Source of the DNA: Staphylococcus phage Machias | Sequence record: MW349128.1 | Length of the DNA stretch: 64,000 nt | Direction: 5' to 3' (one strand) | Part shown: positions 43,203-51,408 of the stretch, in pieces | How the letters are laid out: each line of letters starts with the position of its first letter | How positions within the stretch are numbered: the first letter of the stretch is position 1 | Program-made: the position numbers and the translations under genes | Notes under the pieces: generated by a model | Seen by the model: the letters and a program-made list of their open reading frames with translations, nothing else | Databases searched by the model: none | Told to the model about the DNA's origin: nothing

Positions 43203-43382
43203 ATGGCTATGTTTTTAGTAATATCGCTCATCACATTTTTTGGTTTAACTTTACTTTCCTTTTTATTAACAGCTTTATTTTGGGATGATGAATTATATTT
43301 ATCAATAACTGTAGTTTTGGCTGCAATAACCGTAATATTATTTATAGCTACAGGTATAGTTGGTGTAATTACTGGAAGTTAG
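43203..43382 (+). CDS. Small membrane protein (59 aa), not in the ORF track
   Basis: Two TM helices; follows the previous stop directly. Confidence 0.45.
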   Translation: MAMFLVISLITFFGLTLLSFLLTALFWDDELYLSITVVLAAITVILFIATGIVGVITGS

Positions 43383-43450
43383 TTTTATTAATAGAGTGAT
43401 GTACATTAAGTTCATTACTCTTTATAAATTAAAAGAAAGGTGGACATAAA

Positions 43451-43621
43451 ATGTTAACTATATTATCTATAATAGGTCTTTGCTTGGTTATTTTAGGTTT
43501 AGAAATTAATGATAATGCACTAGTTATGACAGGTGGTATATTTTCATTAATTATATTGGTCATATCAATATTATATTTACCGAGAATAAACTTACTAGAA
43601 ATGATATACATTTTACAATAA
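43451..43621 (+). CDS. Small membrane protein (56 aa), not in the ORF track; replaces the minus-strand track ORF 43429-43611
   Basis: RBS GAAAGGTGG (same as the next gene); two TM helices. Confidence 0.5.
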   Translation: MLTILSIIGLCLVILGLEINDNALVMTGGIFSLIILVISILYLPRINLLEMIYILQ

Positions 43622-43640
43622 GAAAGGTGGTTTATTAACT

Positions 43641-44174
43641 ATGGCATGGATAATAGGTGCACTAGTATTTGTAATAATTATTTTAATTATATTAGTATTA
43701 TTACAAGCTAACGAAATTGGTAATATAAATGAAAAAACAAAATATTTGTATAATGAAGATCGAATATATCAAGATAAAAACATATTTGGAACTAATATAA
43801 ATGGAATCATGGAATTTTTAAATATGTCTTTTTTATTAATTTCAGAAAAAGATGGCGGCGAAAGATTATATGCAGGACATTATTTATTAAAAAATCCAGA
43901 TAAAAAATTCTTTGTAAAAGGTGAATTAGGTGTAACTTCAGAAGAATTATTATCTGATAAAGATAAAAGGGAATATTTATTCTCTAGATCAGTAAAAAGA
44001 CCTATGTTTTATGATCATTGGTTTAATTTCATTGAAAACAATGAAAAATTAAATATGAAGAAGACTAAGAAAATAAGTAAAGAATATAATGATATCATAA
44101 ATGGTATTCTTAATGTAGAACAGATAAAAGAATTTAATGATTATATGAATGGAAATTTATATAAAAATAAATAA
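43641..44174 (+). CDS. Membrane-anchored protein, short paralogue family member 3
   Basis: RBS GAAAGGTGG; GGERLYAGHYLLKNPDKKFF and YDHWFNFIENNEKLNMKKTKKI blocks related to the 36243 and 40835 ORFs. Confidence 0.6.
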   Translation: MAWIIGALVFVIIILIILVLLQANEIGNINEKTKYLYNEDRIYQDKNIFGTNINGIMEFLNMSFLLISEKDGGERLYAGHYLLKNPDKKFFVKGELGVTSEELLSDKDKREYLFSRSVKRPMFYDHWFNFIENNEKLNMKKTKKISKEYNDIINGILNVEQIKEFNDYMNGNLYKNK

Positions 44175-44288
44175 TGAAGATGGTGTAATTAAATGGAAAT
44201 ATTAGCAATTATAACATCAATATCTACGATTGTATTAGTTGTACTATTAACAATCTAAATAATTATTTAAATAGGAGATGAATAGGAT

Positions 44289-44561
44289 ATGGGTTTATTT
44301 AATATATTTAAAAATAAAACAAATAAAAGATTTGAATTAATTCAAAATAAATTTAAAGAAGAAAATATATCTGCAGTAATTAAAAAAGAAGGTAAATCAA
44401 TAGAAGTTGAATATCTTTTATTTGATGATCCTGAATGTAATATGAGACCATCTTATCATTCTGATGCAGATACTTTTCAAGTAGAAAATAAAATTAAAGC
44501 TATTATGGCATATTATGGATATATTGATAATGAATATATTATATATGCGGATGTAGTATAA
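44289..44561 (+). CDS. Hypothetical protein
   Basis: 90-aa ORF; RBS ATAGGAGATG. Confidence 0.55.
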   Translation: MGLFNIFKNKTNKRFELIQNKFKEENISAVIKKEGKSIEVEYLLFDDPECNMRPSYHSDADTFQVENKIKAIMAYYGYIDNEYIIYADVV

Positions 44562-44573
44562 TGAAAGGATGAT

Positions 44574-44915
44574 TTGTATATGTCAATTTTTATGTTTATA
44601 TTAATTGGTTTATTATTTATAACGTTTTTATGCGGTATTATTCTTATGATTAGAAATCCTATGTTTATTTGGAGAGATGTTGACTATGGAACTCATGGCT
44701 TTTGGTATAAGAGTTTTATGGGATTCAATGTCAAATCTTCTTTAGGAATAATGATTTCTTTAGCATCAATAGTTTTGTCATATTTAGTATGGTCTTTGTT
44801 TTTCAAAGATTCATTTATTGCTATAGTGTTATCTATAATGTTATTGATTATCTTAATAGCAAGTTCTAGATCATCAATATCTGAATATCATGAAGATAAA
44901 AGTAAAATATATTAA
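44574..44915 (+). CDS. Membrane protein
   Basis: 113-aa ORF, multi-TM; RBS AAAGGATGA. Confidence 0.5.
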   Translation: MYMSIFMFILIGLLFITFLCGIILMIRNPMFIWRDVDYGTHGFWYKSFMGFNVKSSLGIMISLASIVLSYLVWSLFFKDSFIAIVLSIMLLIILIASSRSSISEYHEDKSKIY

Positions 44916-45031
44916 TATAGAAGAAAGGAGTCAATAATTATGTTATTCATACTACCGTATACGTTAATTTCAATTCTAGTATTAGGATTAGTAAATTTAG
45001 CTTCATATAAAAAATAAAGGATGATATTATA

Positions 45032-45514
45032 ATGGATAATAAAGAAATATTAAAGAATATAAAAGAAATTGAATCCAAATATAAAATTATAAAAGAGATA
45101 CAAAAAGATATTGGTTACTTTCTGAATTATGAGTTGTTTATGCCTTTTGTAATAAAAAATTTAACTCTTGATATGAAATATTTTTCTTTTAACTATACTA
45201 TCGTTGATGATGATGGAAAAATGGTAATAACTTTTTTAGATAAACCTGCTATAGTATTTGATTTAGAGAAATCAGAGGTGTTTATTAATGATTTAAATTT
45301 TATCACTAAAAAATTAGAAGATGTAAAAACGAGAACGAATAATACATTAAAAGAAGAATCAGAAAGTGAACGTAGTAAACGTCTAGAAATGTATATTGAA
45401 GAGCTTGACATATTGCTAGATAAAACTGATTATAATTATTGTTACAATAAAATAGATAAGAAAGTTAATGAACTTAATAACAAATACGATATAAGTCTCA
45501 AATTACAAAATTAA
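45032..45514 (+). CDS. Hypothetical protein
   Basis: 160-aa ORF; terminator AACCTAAC..GTTAGGTT plus T-run at 45526-45575. Confidence 0.55.
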   Translation: MDNKEILKNIKEIESKYKIIKEIQKDIGYFLNYELFMPFVIKNLTLDMKYFSFNYTIVDDDGKMVITFLDKPAIVFDLEKSEVFINDLNFITKKLEDVKTRTNNTLKEESESERSKRLEMYIEELDILLDKTDYNYCYNKIDKKVNELNNKYDISLKLQN

Positions 45515-45593
45515 ATTAAAAACTCAACCTAACTCATTTTTATAAATGGGTTAGGTTATTTAATATTTTTTTTTAGAAAGGAGAAACCTTTTA

Positions 45594-45779
45594 ATGAGTT
45601 TATTCACAATAATCTTAAATGTTGTAATGCTTTTCATAATGTTATATATTTTGAAAACATTTTATGGAATAGAAACAGTTAGTAAAGAAAGAAAAAGAAT
45701 CAAAGCTTTATATGTTTTATTAAGTTTAGCTTTTATACAGTTATTATTTTTCTTAGTGATTTTCATATTAACTAATTAG
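45594..45779 (+). CDS. Small membrane protein
   Basis: 61-aa ORF; RBS AAAGGAGAAA; two TM helices. Confidence 0.5.
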   Translation: MSLFTIILNVVMLFIMLYILKTFYGIETVSKERKRIKALYVLLSLAFIQLLFFLVIFILTN

Positions 45780-45906
45780 TAATATTAATATCATTTAGCT
45801 AGAAAAAACTTTTAATTCTTAAGAAAAATTTCTAGCTTTTTTATAAAAAATTTGATATAATAAATAACGTTATAGTATTAAATAATTTTTGGAGAGTGAA
45901 ATTTCA

Positions 45907-47208
45907 ATGGCAAAATTAACAAGTAAAATTCATGATTTAATCAGATCAAACCCTAATGTATATGGTAAGGAAGATAATTATACACCTATGTATGAGTCAG
46001 GAATCAACTTATTAGATTATAGAAATGGTTTTTTAAATACTGTAACTGATGATGAACGTATTGGTTTAATGGGTGGTAAAGTTACAACATTTATTGGTGG
46101 ATCAGGTTCAGGTAAAACAACATTAGCAATTCAAGCTGCAGCTAAAATTGTTGAACCATTTGAAAATGCTAGTATCATTCATTATGACTTTGAGGATGCA
46201 ACTACTGATGAACGTATTTATCAATTAACTGGTTGGTCTAAACAAACGAAACAAGATAAATACACTAAATTAAATAAAAAGATTAGTTTAGATTCAGTGG
46301 ATCAATTAATTCGTGGTATTCGTGATACTAAATTAGAAAGTGAAGAAGAATTTACTATTCATACAGATAAGATTGATCCAGAAACTGGAGAAAAAGTTTC
46401 ATTCATGGCTCCAACAGTAGTTATTATTGACTCTGTTGCTACAATGGCATCTAAAGAAATTGATGATAAAGACGGTGAAGGTGGACAAATGAATGCAACT
46501 AAACAAGCTAAAGATAATACAACATTCATTAAACGTATTATTGGTTCATCTACATTAAACTCAGCTAATATTATGCTTATTTTAATTAACCATATTACGA
46601 CTAAAATTGATATTAATCCTTATGCAGCTACACCTAAAGAATTAAATTATCTTAAACAAGGTGAAGCATTACCAGGTGGTAAAGCAATCAACTATATGGC
46701 AAATAACATGTTTAAAATTAGTCCATCGCAAGCTTTAGATCCAGAAGGAAGTTCTAATCAAGCTAAATACGGAATTAAAGGTTTTATCAATACAGTTGAA
46801 GTAATTAAATCACGTTCAAATGCAGCTGGAGCTAAATTTAATTTGATCTTTGAACAAAAAGATGGATTTAATAATACTCTATCAAACTTATTATATTTAC
46901 AAGAGCAAAAATTATTAAAAGGTAATCCTCGTGCTTACCGTATTGATGGTTATGATGATGTAAGTTTTACACTTAAAACTTTCCAAGAGAAATATGAAGG
47001 GAACAAAGATTTCCAAGAGTACTTTGATAAATACATTAGAAATATCTATAAAGATAAATTCTTAGCTTCAATTGAACATGAATCAAGTTTAGATGAAGAA
47101 GAATTAGAGTTGGTAGAATGTATTAATCAAGAAGAAGATATTTGGTTAGGTTCAGATGGAAAATACTACGATTCAGAGAAAAATGAAGTTGAAGTAGAAA
47201 AAAGCTAA
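45907..47208 (+). CDS. uvsX: UvsX/RecA-family recombinase
   Basis: Walker A GGKVTTFIGGSGSGKTTLAIQAAA; RecA-fold organisation with an acidic C-terminus. Start moved to the ATG after RBS GGAGAG (track start 45889 is upstream of the RBS). Confidence 0.85.
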   Translation: MAKLTSKIHDLIRSNPNVYGKEDNYTPMYESGINLLDYRNGFLNTVTDDERIGLMGGKVTTFIGGSGSGKTTLAIQAAAKIVEPFENASIIHYDFEDATTDERIYQLTGWSKQTKQDKYTKLNKKISLDSVDQLIRGIRDTKLESEEEFTIHTDKIDPETGEKVSFMAPTVVIIDSVATMASKEIDDKDGEGGQMNATKQAKDNTTFIKRIIGSSTLNSANIMLILINHITTKIDINPYAATPKELNYLKQGEALPGGKAINYMANNMFKISPSQALDPEGSSNQAKYGIKGFINTVEVIKSRSNAAGAKFNLIFEQKDGFNNTLSNLLYLQEQKLLKGNPRAYRIDGYDDVSFTLKTFQEKYEGNKDFQEYFDKYIRNIYKDKFLASIEHESSLDEEELELVECINQEEDIWLGSDGKYYDSEKNEVEVEKS

Positions 47209-47354
47209 TTATATTTAAAATGGAATATCCAATGACATGAATAGTTGTCATTGGATCCATTCCATTGCATAAAATTATTATTAAATATATATTATAAAGA
47301 TGTGGAATACTATTTCATATTATCTTTTATATTACAGGGAGAGTGTTTATAGGA

Positions 47355-48472
47355 TGACAAAGGAAAGAACACAAAGAATGCAAGAGATTGAAGATAAGAA
47401 AAGTCATGAATTTTTATCGGAACTACTATTAATGCCTAATGTTAATAGAACTAATGGTAATAGATCACAAATGTTCACTTCACATATAGGTCAATGTATT
47501 CAATTAACTGAAGCTGAACCTCCATTAATTCAAACTGGTTTTGAGAATCAAGTAGGTAAATATTCAACTGGTTATAAGAAAGCTGAAAGAGATTTTGAAG
47601 TTATTTTTATATTTGAAAAGAATAAATATGTAAAATACTATTTAGTGAAGTATAAAGATAATGATGAGTATGATGTTATTATTAGAGAAGAAGCTAATCA
47701 TTTAGCTGAAAAGTTCGGTAATAAATATCAAAATGAAAAAATTGATTCTTTAGAAATTGGTAGTACTGTTGATAAAAATGAAGTACTTTATAAAGATCAA
47801 AACTATGATGAAGAATCAAATAATTTCCAATATGGTACAAACGCTACTTCAGTATTTTTACCAGATAAAGGATTCACGAATGAGGATGGTATAGTCGTAT
47901 CAGAATCATTAGCTGAGAAAATGTCAAGTTATTTCGTTCATGTAGTTAATGTAACTATAAATACAAATGATATTCCTTTAAATATTTATGGAGATGAAGA
48001 ATATTATAAAGCATTTCCAGACGTTGGTGAAGAAATTAAAGATGGAATATTAACAGCTACTAGAAGATTAAACTATGATGAGTTAATTCATAAGTTCAAA
48101 AATGACATGTTATCTAAAGTTATTGAAAGTGATAACGCTTATAAATTACATGGTAAAGTTATTGATATTGATGTACTTAACAATGAATCAATTGAAAAAT
48201 TAGAGAATGAAAAGTACTCAGAACAATTCTTAAAATATATCAAAGATTTAGAACACTTCTATCGTACATTTGTAACTGTTACTGACGATATTGTACGTAA
48301 GAAGAAATTTAGTAATGATTTAATTAGAACTTATAATAGATTTAAGAGCTACATTGACCCTAATGCTAAACTTGTATATGATGGAAATCAATTTGATAAA
48401 ATCGTATTTAGAGTTAAAGTATTAGAGAAGAAACCTTTAGTGCATGGGAGCAAAATAAGCACAAGATACGGT
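47355..48472 (+). CDS. Multisubunit RNA polymerase beta subunit, C-terminal half, exon 1
   Basis: Aligns to bacterial beta from ..GNRSQMF/AEPPLIQTGFE (ANMQRQAVP/ADKPLVGTGME) through FLPDKGFTNEDGIVVSESL (FMPWNGYNFEDSILVSE) to ..GSKISTRYG (GDKMAGRHG). Start at the ATG after RBS GGGAGAG. The beta N-terminal half is not in this window (split beta). Confidence 0.8.
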
Positions 48473-48646
48473 ATTTCATCTGCCGCATGAAGTTGCAAAA
48501 TTTCAATGAAAAATCTTTTAATTGCTGAGAAAATTAGAATTAATCAGCATCACTAAAAATAGTGTTCAACGACTAAATAAAGTTAATCTAATATAGATTA
48601 AGATATAGTCTGATCTTATAATGTAAAATTATAGTTAACATAGATG
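48473..48646 (+). mobile_element. Ultra-compact group I intron F (174 nt) inside the RNAP beta GRHG|NKGV catalytic-region motif
   Basis: Exon ends ..UACGGU; guide sequence GCCG at positions 10-13; P2 GAAGUU-GCAA-AAUUUC (GNRA). P/Q/R/S core at 48518-48611 with P6 CACU..AGUG and P8 UUAAUCUA..UAGAUUAA. P9 UUAUAAU..AUUAUAG; ends ..UAACAUAGAUG|. Splicing gives TRYG|GKGVVAKI, matching [12 protein letters not shown]. Confidence 0.7.
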
Positions 48647-49154
48647 GGAAAAGGTGTAGTAGCTAAGATTGTTCCAGATAATGAAATGCCAATGATTACT
48701 GAATTTGATGGAGAAGATTTCACAAAAGATAATAAAACCCCTATTAAGAAAAGAGTAGACTTAATTCATAATAATATGGGTATTATTAATAGAGGAAATC
48801 CTTCAGCATTAGTAGAATTAGAATTAAATCATATTTCAAGCGTTATTAGACATCGTATTAGTAAGTTAGATGATGTTAATAAGCAAAAAGAATACTTATT
48901 AGAATATATCAAAGATGCAGATAAAGTATCTTATGATAATTATGTAAAATTATTTGATAGTTTAGATGGTGAAGAAACTAAAGAAGCTATTGAAGACTTT
49001 ATTAAAAATGGTATTGTACTTCATCAAGCTCCTTTCTTTGATAATATTGAATCTGAACAAATTAGATACTTATTCAATAAATATAATATTAAGAAAAACC
49101 GACTAGATGTTAGTAATAGAACATTTATGGTTGGAGATTTGTATCACCTGAAGT
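48647..49154 (+). CDS. RNAP beta, exon 2
   Basis: GKGVVAKIVPDNEMPMITEFDGEDFTKDNKTPI..VDLIHNNMGIINRGNPSALVELEL aligns to [46 protein letters not shown]; ends ..VGDLYHLK (VGYMYMLKL). Confidence 0.8.
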
Positions 49155-50319
49155 AAAGACAAATTATGTTTTAGCTTCCTTATATTGGTAACAATAAATG
49201 AAAAATCACTTTAATTGCTGAGAAGCTTTAAAAGTAATCAGCATGCTAATTAATTATATTAAAATCCTTTCTATTGGTCTGGAAAGGTGAAGAGATGCCA
49301 GTACAGAAATATTATACAAAAGAAGAATTTATGGAAGAAGCATCAAAAAGAAAAAGTGTTAAAGGTTATAAAATGCTAACTGATTATGAGAAATCTCATA
49401 ACAAAATAAAATTTTTACATGAAACGTGTGGAAATGAATTTTGGATGGTTGCAGGTAAATTTAAAAATAAAGGACAGAGATGTCCTAAATGTGCAAATAA
49501 AGATAAAATTATATCTAAAAGATTTACAGAAGAAACATTTAAAGAATATTTAAAAAATGAATTAAATGGAGAATATTCTTTAATGGATAATTTTAAAACT
49601 GTTAATGATATTAACACTTTTCTTCATAATAAATGTAAAAACACAATAAAGTTAAAACCTAGAGATATTAGATCAGGATATGGTTGCTCATACTGTTCTG
49701 GAAATAAAAAATTGAATATTGATATAGTAAAAGAAAAAGTGGAATTAATGAGTAAAAAAGAATATTCAGTATTATCTAATGAATACAAAAATGTCCATAA
49801 CAAATTAAAAATGATTCATCATGAATGTGGTTTTAAATTTGAGATGAATTATAATAATTTTAGAAACGGACAGAGATGTCCTCAATGTTATCCAGGTTCA
49901 GTATTTCCAAATAGATCTAAAGCTGTTGTAGAAATATATGATTTCCTTAAAGAAAATGGTTTTAATTTTAAAACCGAAGTCTCTTTAAAAGGATTAAAAT
50001 ATATAAATCCACTTAGATTAGATTTCTATATTGAAGAGTTAGATTTTTATTTAGAATATGATGGATCTCAACATTTCAAAGAATCAGGAATTAATGATAA
50101 TGATAGTTTGGAATTGAATCAATTAAGAGATAATATTAAAAATGAATACTGTAAAGAAAATAACTTAAAACTTTATAGAATAAACTATAAACAAGACCAT
50201 TTAAAAGAGATTGAAAATATAATTAAAGAGCTTCAACGACTAAATAAGTGAAAGTCTTGATTAATTTGATCAAGATTTAAGATATAGTCTGGGATCTATA
50301 TGAAATTAATATAGATTCG
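49155..50319 (+). mobile_element. Group I intron G carrying a homing-endonuclease ORF in P6; 3' boundary uncertain
   Basis: Guide sequence GCUUC pairs exon GAAGU (5' splice site after 49154); P2 UAUUG-GUAA-CAAUA. P/Q at 49211-49250, then the ORF, then R/P8/S at 50240-50292 (the ORF ends in ..QRLNK, encoded by CAACGACTAAATAAG). P9 CUAUAU..AUAUAG and ..UAAAACAUG follow. Confidence 0.55.
49295..50251 (+). CDS. Intron-encoded homing endonuclease candidate: three zinc-ribbon repeats plus a C-terminal Vsr-fold/EDxHD (DUF559-like) nuclease domain
   Basis: Repeats F.HE.CG..F.....F..GQRCP.C x3. C-terminal RLDFYIEELDFYLEYDGSQHF resembles the (V)IE(V)DG..H core of Vsr-like EDxHD homing endonucleases. 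RBS GGAAAGGTGAAG. Confidence 0.7.
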   Translation: MPVQKYYTKEEFMEEASKRKSVKGYKMLTDYEKSHNKIKFLHETCGNEFWMVAGKFKNKGQRCPKCANKDKIISKRFTEETFKEYLKNELNGEYSLMDNFKTVNDINTFLHNKCKNTIKLKPRDIRSGYGCSYCSGNKKLNIDIVKEKVELMSKKEYSVLSNEYKNVHNKLKMIHHECGFKFEMNYNNFRNGQRCPQCYPGSVFPNRSKAVVEIYDFLKENGFNFKTEVSLKGLKYINPLRLDFYIEELDFYLEYDGSQHFKESGINDNDSLELNQLRDNIKNEYCKENNLKLYRINYKQDHLKEIENIIKELQRLNK

Positions 50320-50384
50320 TAAAACATGAACCATCAGGTAAATTATTTGCCGTTCTTTATATAAATTAAAGAATTATTAAATTA

Positions 50385-50480
50385 TTAATTGCTGAGAGTA
50401 TTAAAATAATCAGCATCACTTTAAATAGTGTTCAACGACTAAATATAGTTCTTCTATAATATAGAATGAAGATATAGTCT
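50385..50480 (+). repeat. Group I intron core copy H (probably an intron within RNAP beta; see findings)
   Basis: TTAATTGCTGAGAG / TAATCAGCATCA / P6 CACTTTAAATAGTG / GTTCAACGACTAAATAT / P8 / GATATAGTCT. Guide sequence GCCG at positions 10-13 if the intron starts at 50340. Confidence 0.5.
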
Positions 50481-50637
50481 ATACTTTATAAATTATATTA
50501 TAAAGATTAATAAAATAGAAACTCAGTGCAAAATCAATTGACTTTAATAATTACAGTGGTATTCCCACAAGAACACCGGATAAATTTTGTGTCCCATGTA
50601 TTAGAAATAATATGTATGTAAAGAATATTAATTGCTG

Positions 50638-50721
50638 AGAAGAGTATTAAATTAATCAGCATCCTCAAATAAGAGGTTCAACGACTAAATATATTCTACC
50701 TTAAATGGTAATGATATAGTC
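50638..50721 (+). repeat. Group I intron core copy I
   Basis: Core motifs as above with P6 CCTC..GAGG. Upstream, guide sequence GUCC at positions 10-13 of an intron starting at 50582 (exon ..GGAU), and P2 UAUUA-GAAA-UAAUA. Confidence 0.5.
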
Positions 50722-50847
50722 TAATCTATTTTTAAATAAATATAGTTAATATAAATGTCAAAATTTTACAGATCAAGAATAAACAACAATCCTCTCAGAG
50801 TCAAATAAAAGGCTCCGTTATATAGAAATGTATAAATGTAAAGAATA

Positions 50848-50941
50848 TTAATTGCTGAGAGATTATTAAATTAATCAGCATCACTTTAATTAGTGTTCAA
50901 CGACTAAATATAGTCTACCTTAAATGGTAATGATATAGTCT
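50848..50941 (+). repeat. Group I intron core copy J
   Basis: Core motifs with P6 CACTTTAATTAGTG and P8 TACCTTAAATGGTA. Guide sequence GCUC pairs exon GAGU (5' splice site after 50801); P2 UAUAUA-GAAA-UGUAUA; P9 CUAAAUA..AUUUAG; ends AAUAACUG|. Confidence 0.55.
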
Positions 50942-50969
50942 AGCTAAATAATAATATTTAGAATAACTG

Positions 50970-51354
50970 CGGTGAGATGGAAACAACTAACATGATGATC
51001 GGTGGATCTATCAAAGCTATTAATGAATTAACTAATATGTACTCTAATAATGAAGACTTAAGAAAACGTTTATTAGTAGAGTTATATACAGGTAATCCGT
51101 TTAAATTAAATACTACATTTGAAAAGAGATATCAGAATAACAACACTAAAGTACTTAATGCTTACTTTAGTCCATTAAATGTTAGTATTGATTACAATAA
51201 AGCAGAAGAAGAAGATCTTTATTCAATTATGGATCTTTCTCCAGATCAATTAGAGTTCTTAATGGAAAAATTCGAAAATGTGGATGATATTAAAGATTTA
51301 TCATCTAAAGAAATAAATAATTTAGTTAAAGAAATTAAAGAAGATTCAAAATAA
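50970..51354 (+). CDS. RNAP beta C-terminal exon (track ORF 50977-51354 extended to the predicted 3' splice site)
   Basis: Reading from the splice site gives (V)GEMETTNMMIGGSIKAINELT, which aligns to beta (F)[22 protein letters not shown] with identical GEME-N7-G spacing. No RBS before the ATG at 50977. Confidence 0.6.
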
Positions 51355-51408
51355 ATATAATTGGAGTAATGATGATTAATTTCATCATTACTCCTTATTT
51401 AATAAAAA

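Noticed and set aside
17468-50941. Hammerhead ribozyme (the CUGAGA in TTAATTGCTGAGA) or an IS200/605 PATE/MITE interpretation of the ~100-nt repeats
   Set aside because: The hammerhead GAAA and stem III/cleavage-site arrangement is absent. The four conserved blocks instead match the group I P, Q, R and S consensus elements in the correct order, with a P1 guide sequence, a GNRA P2, P9 and a terminal G at every in-gene copy. Splicing restores conserved protein motifs in frame.
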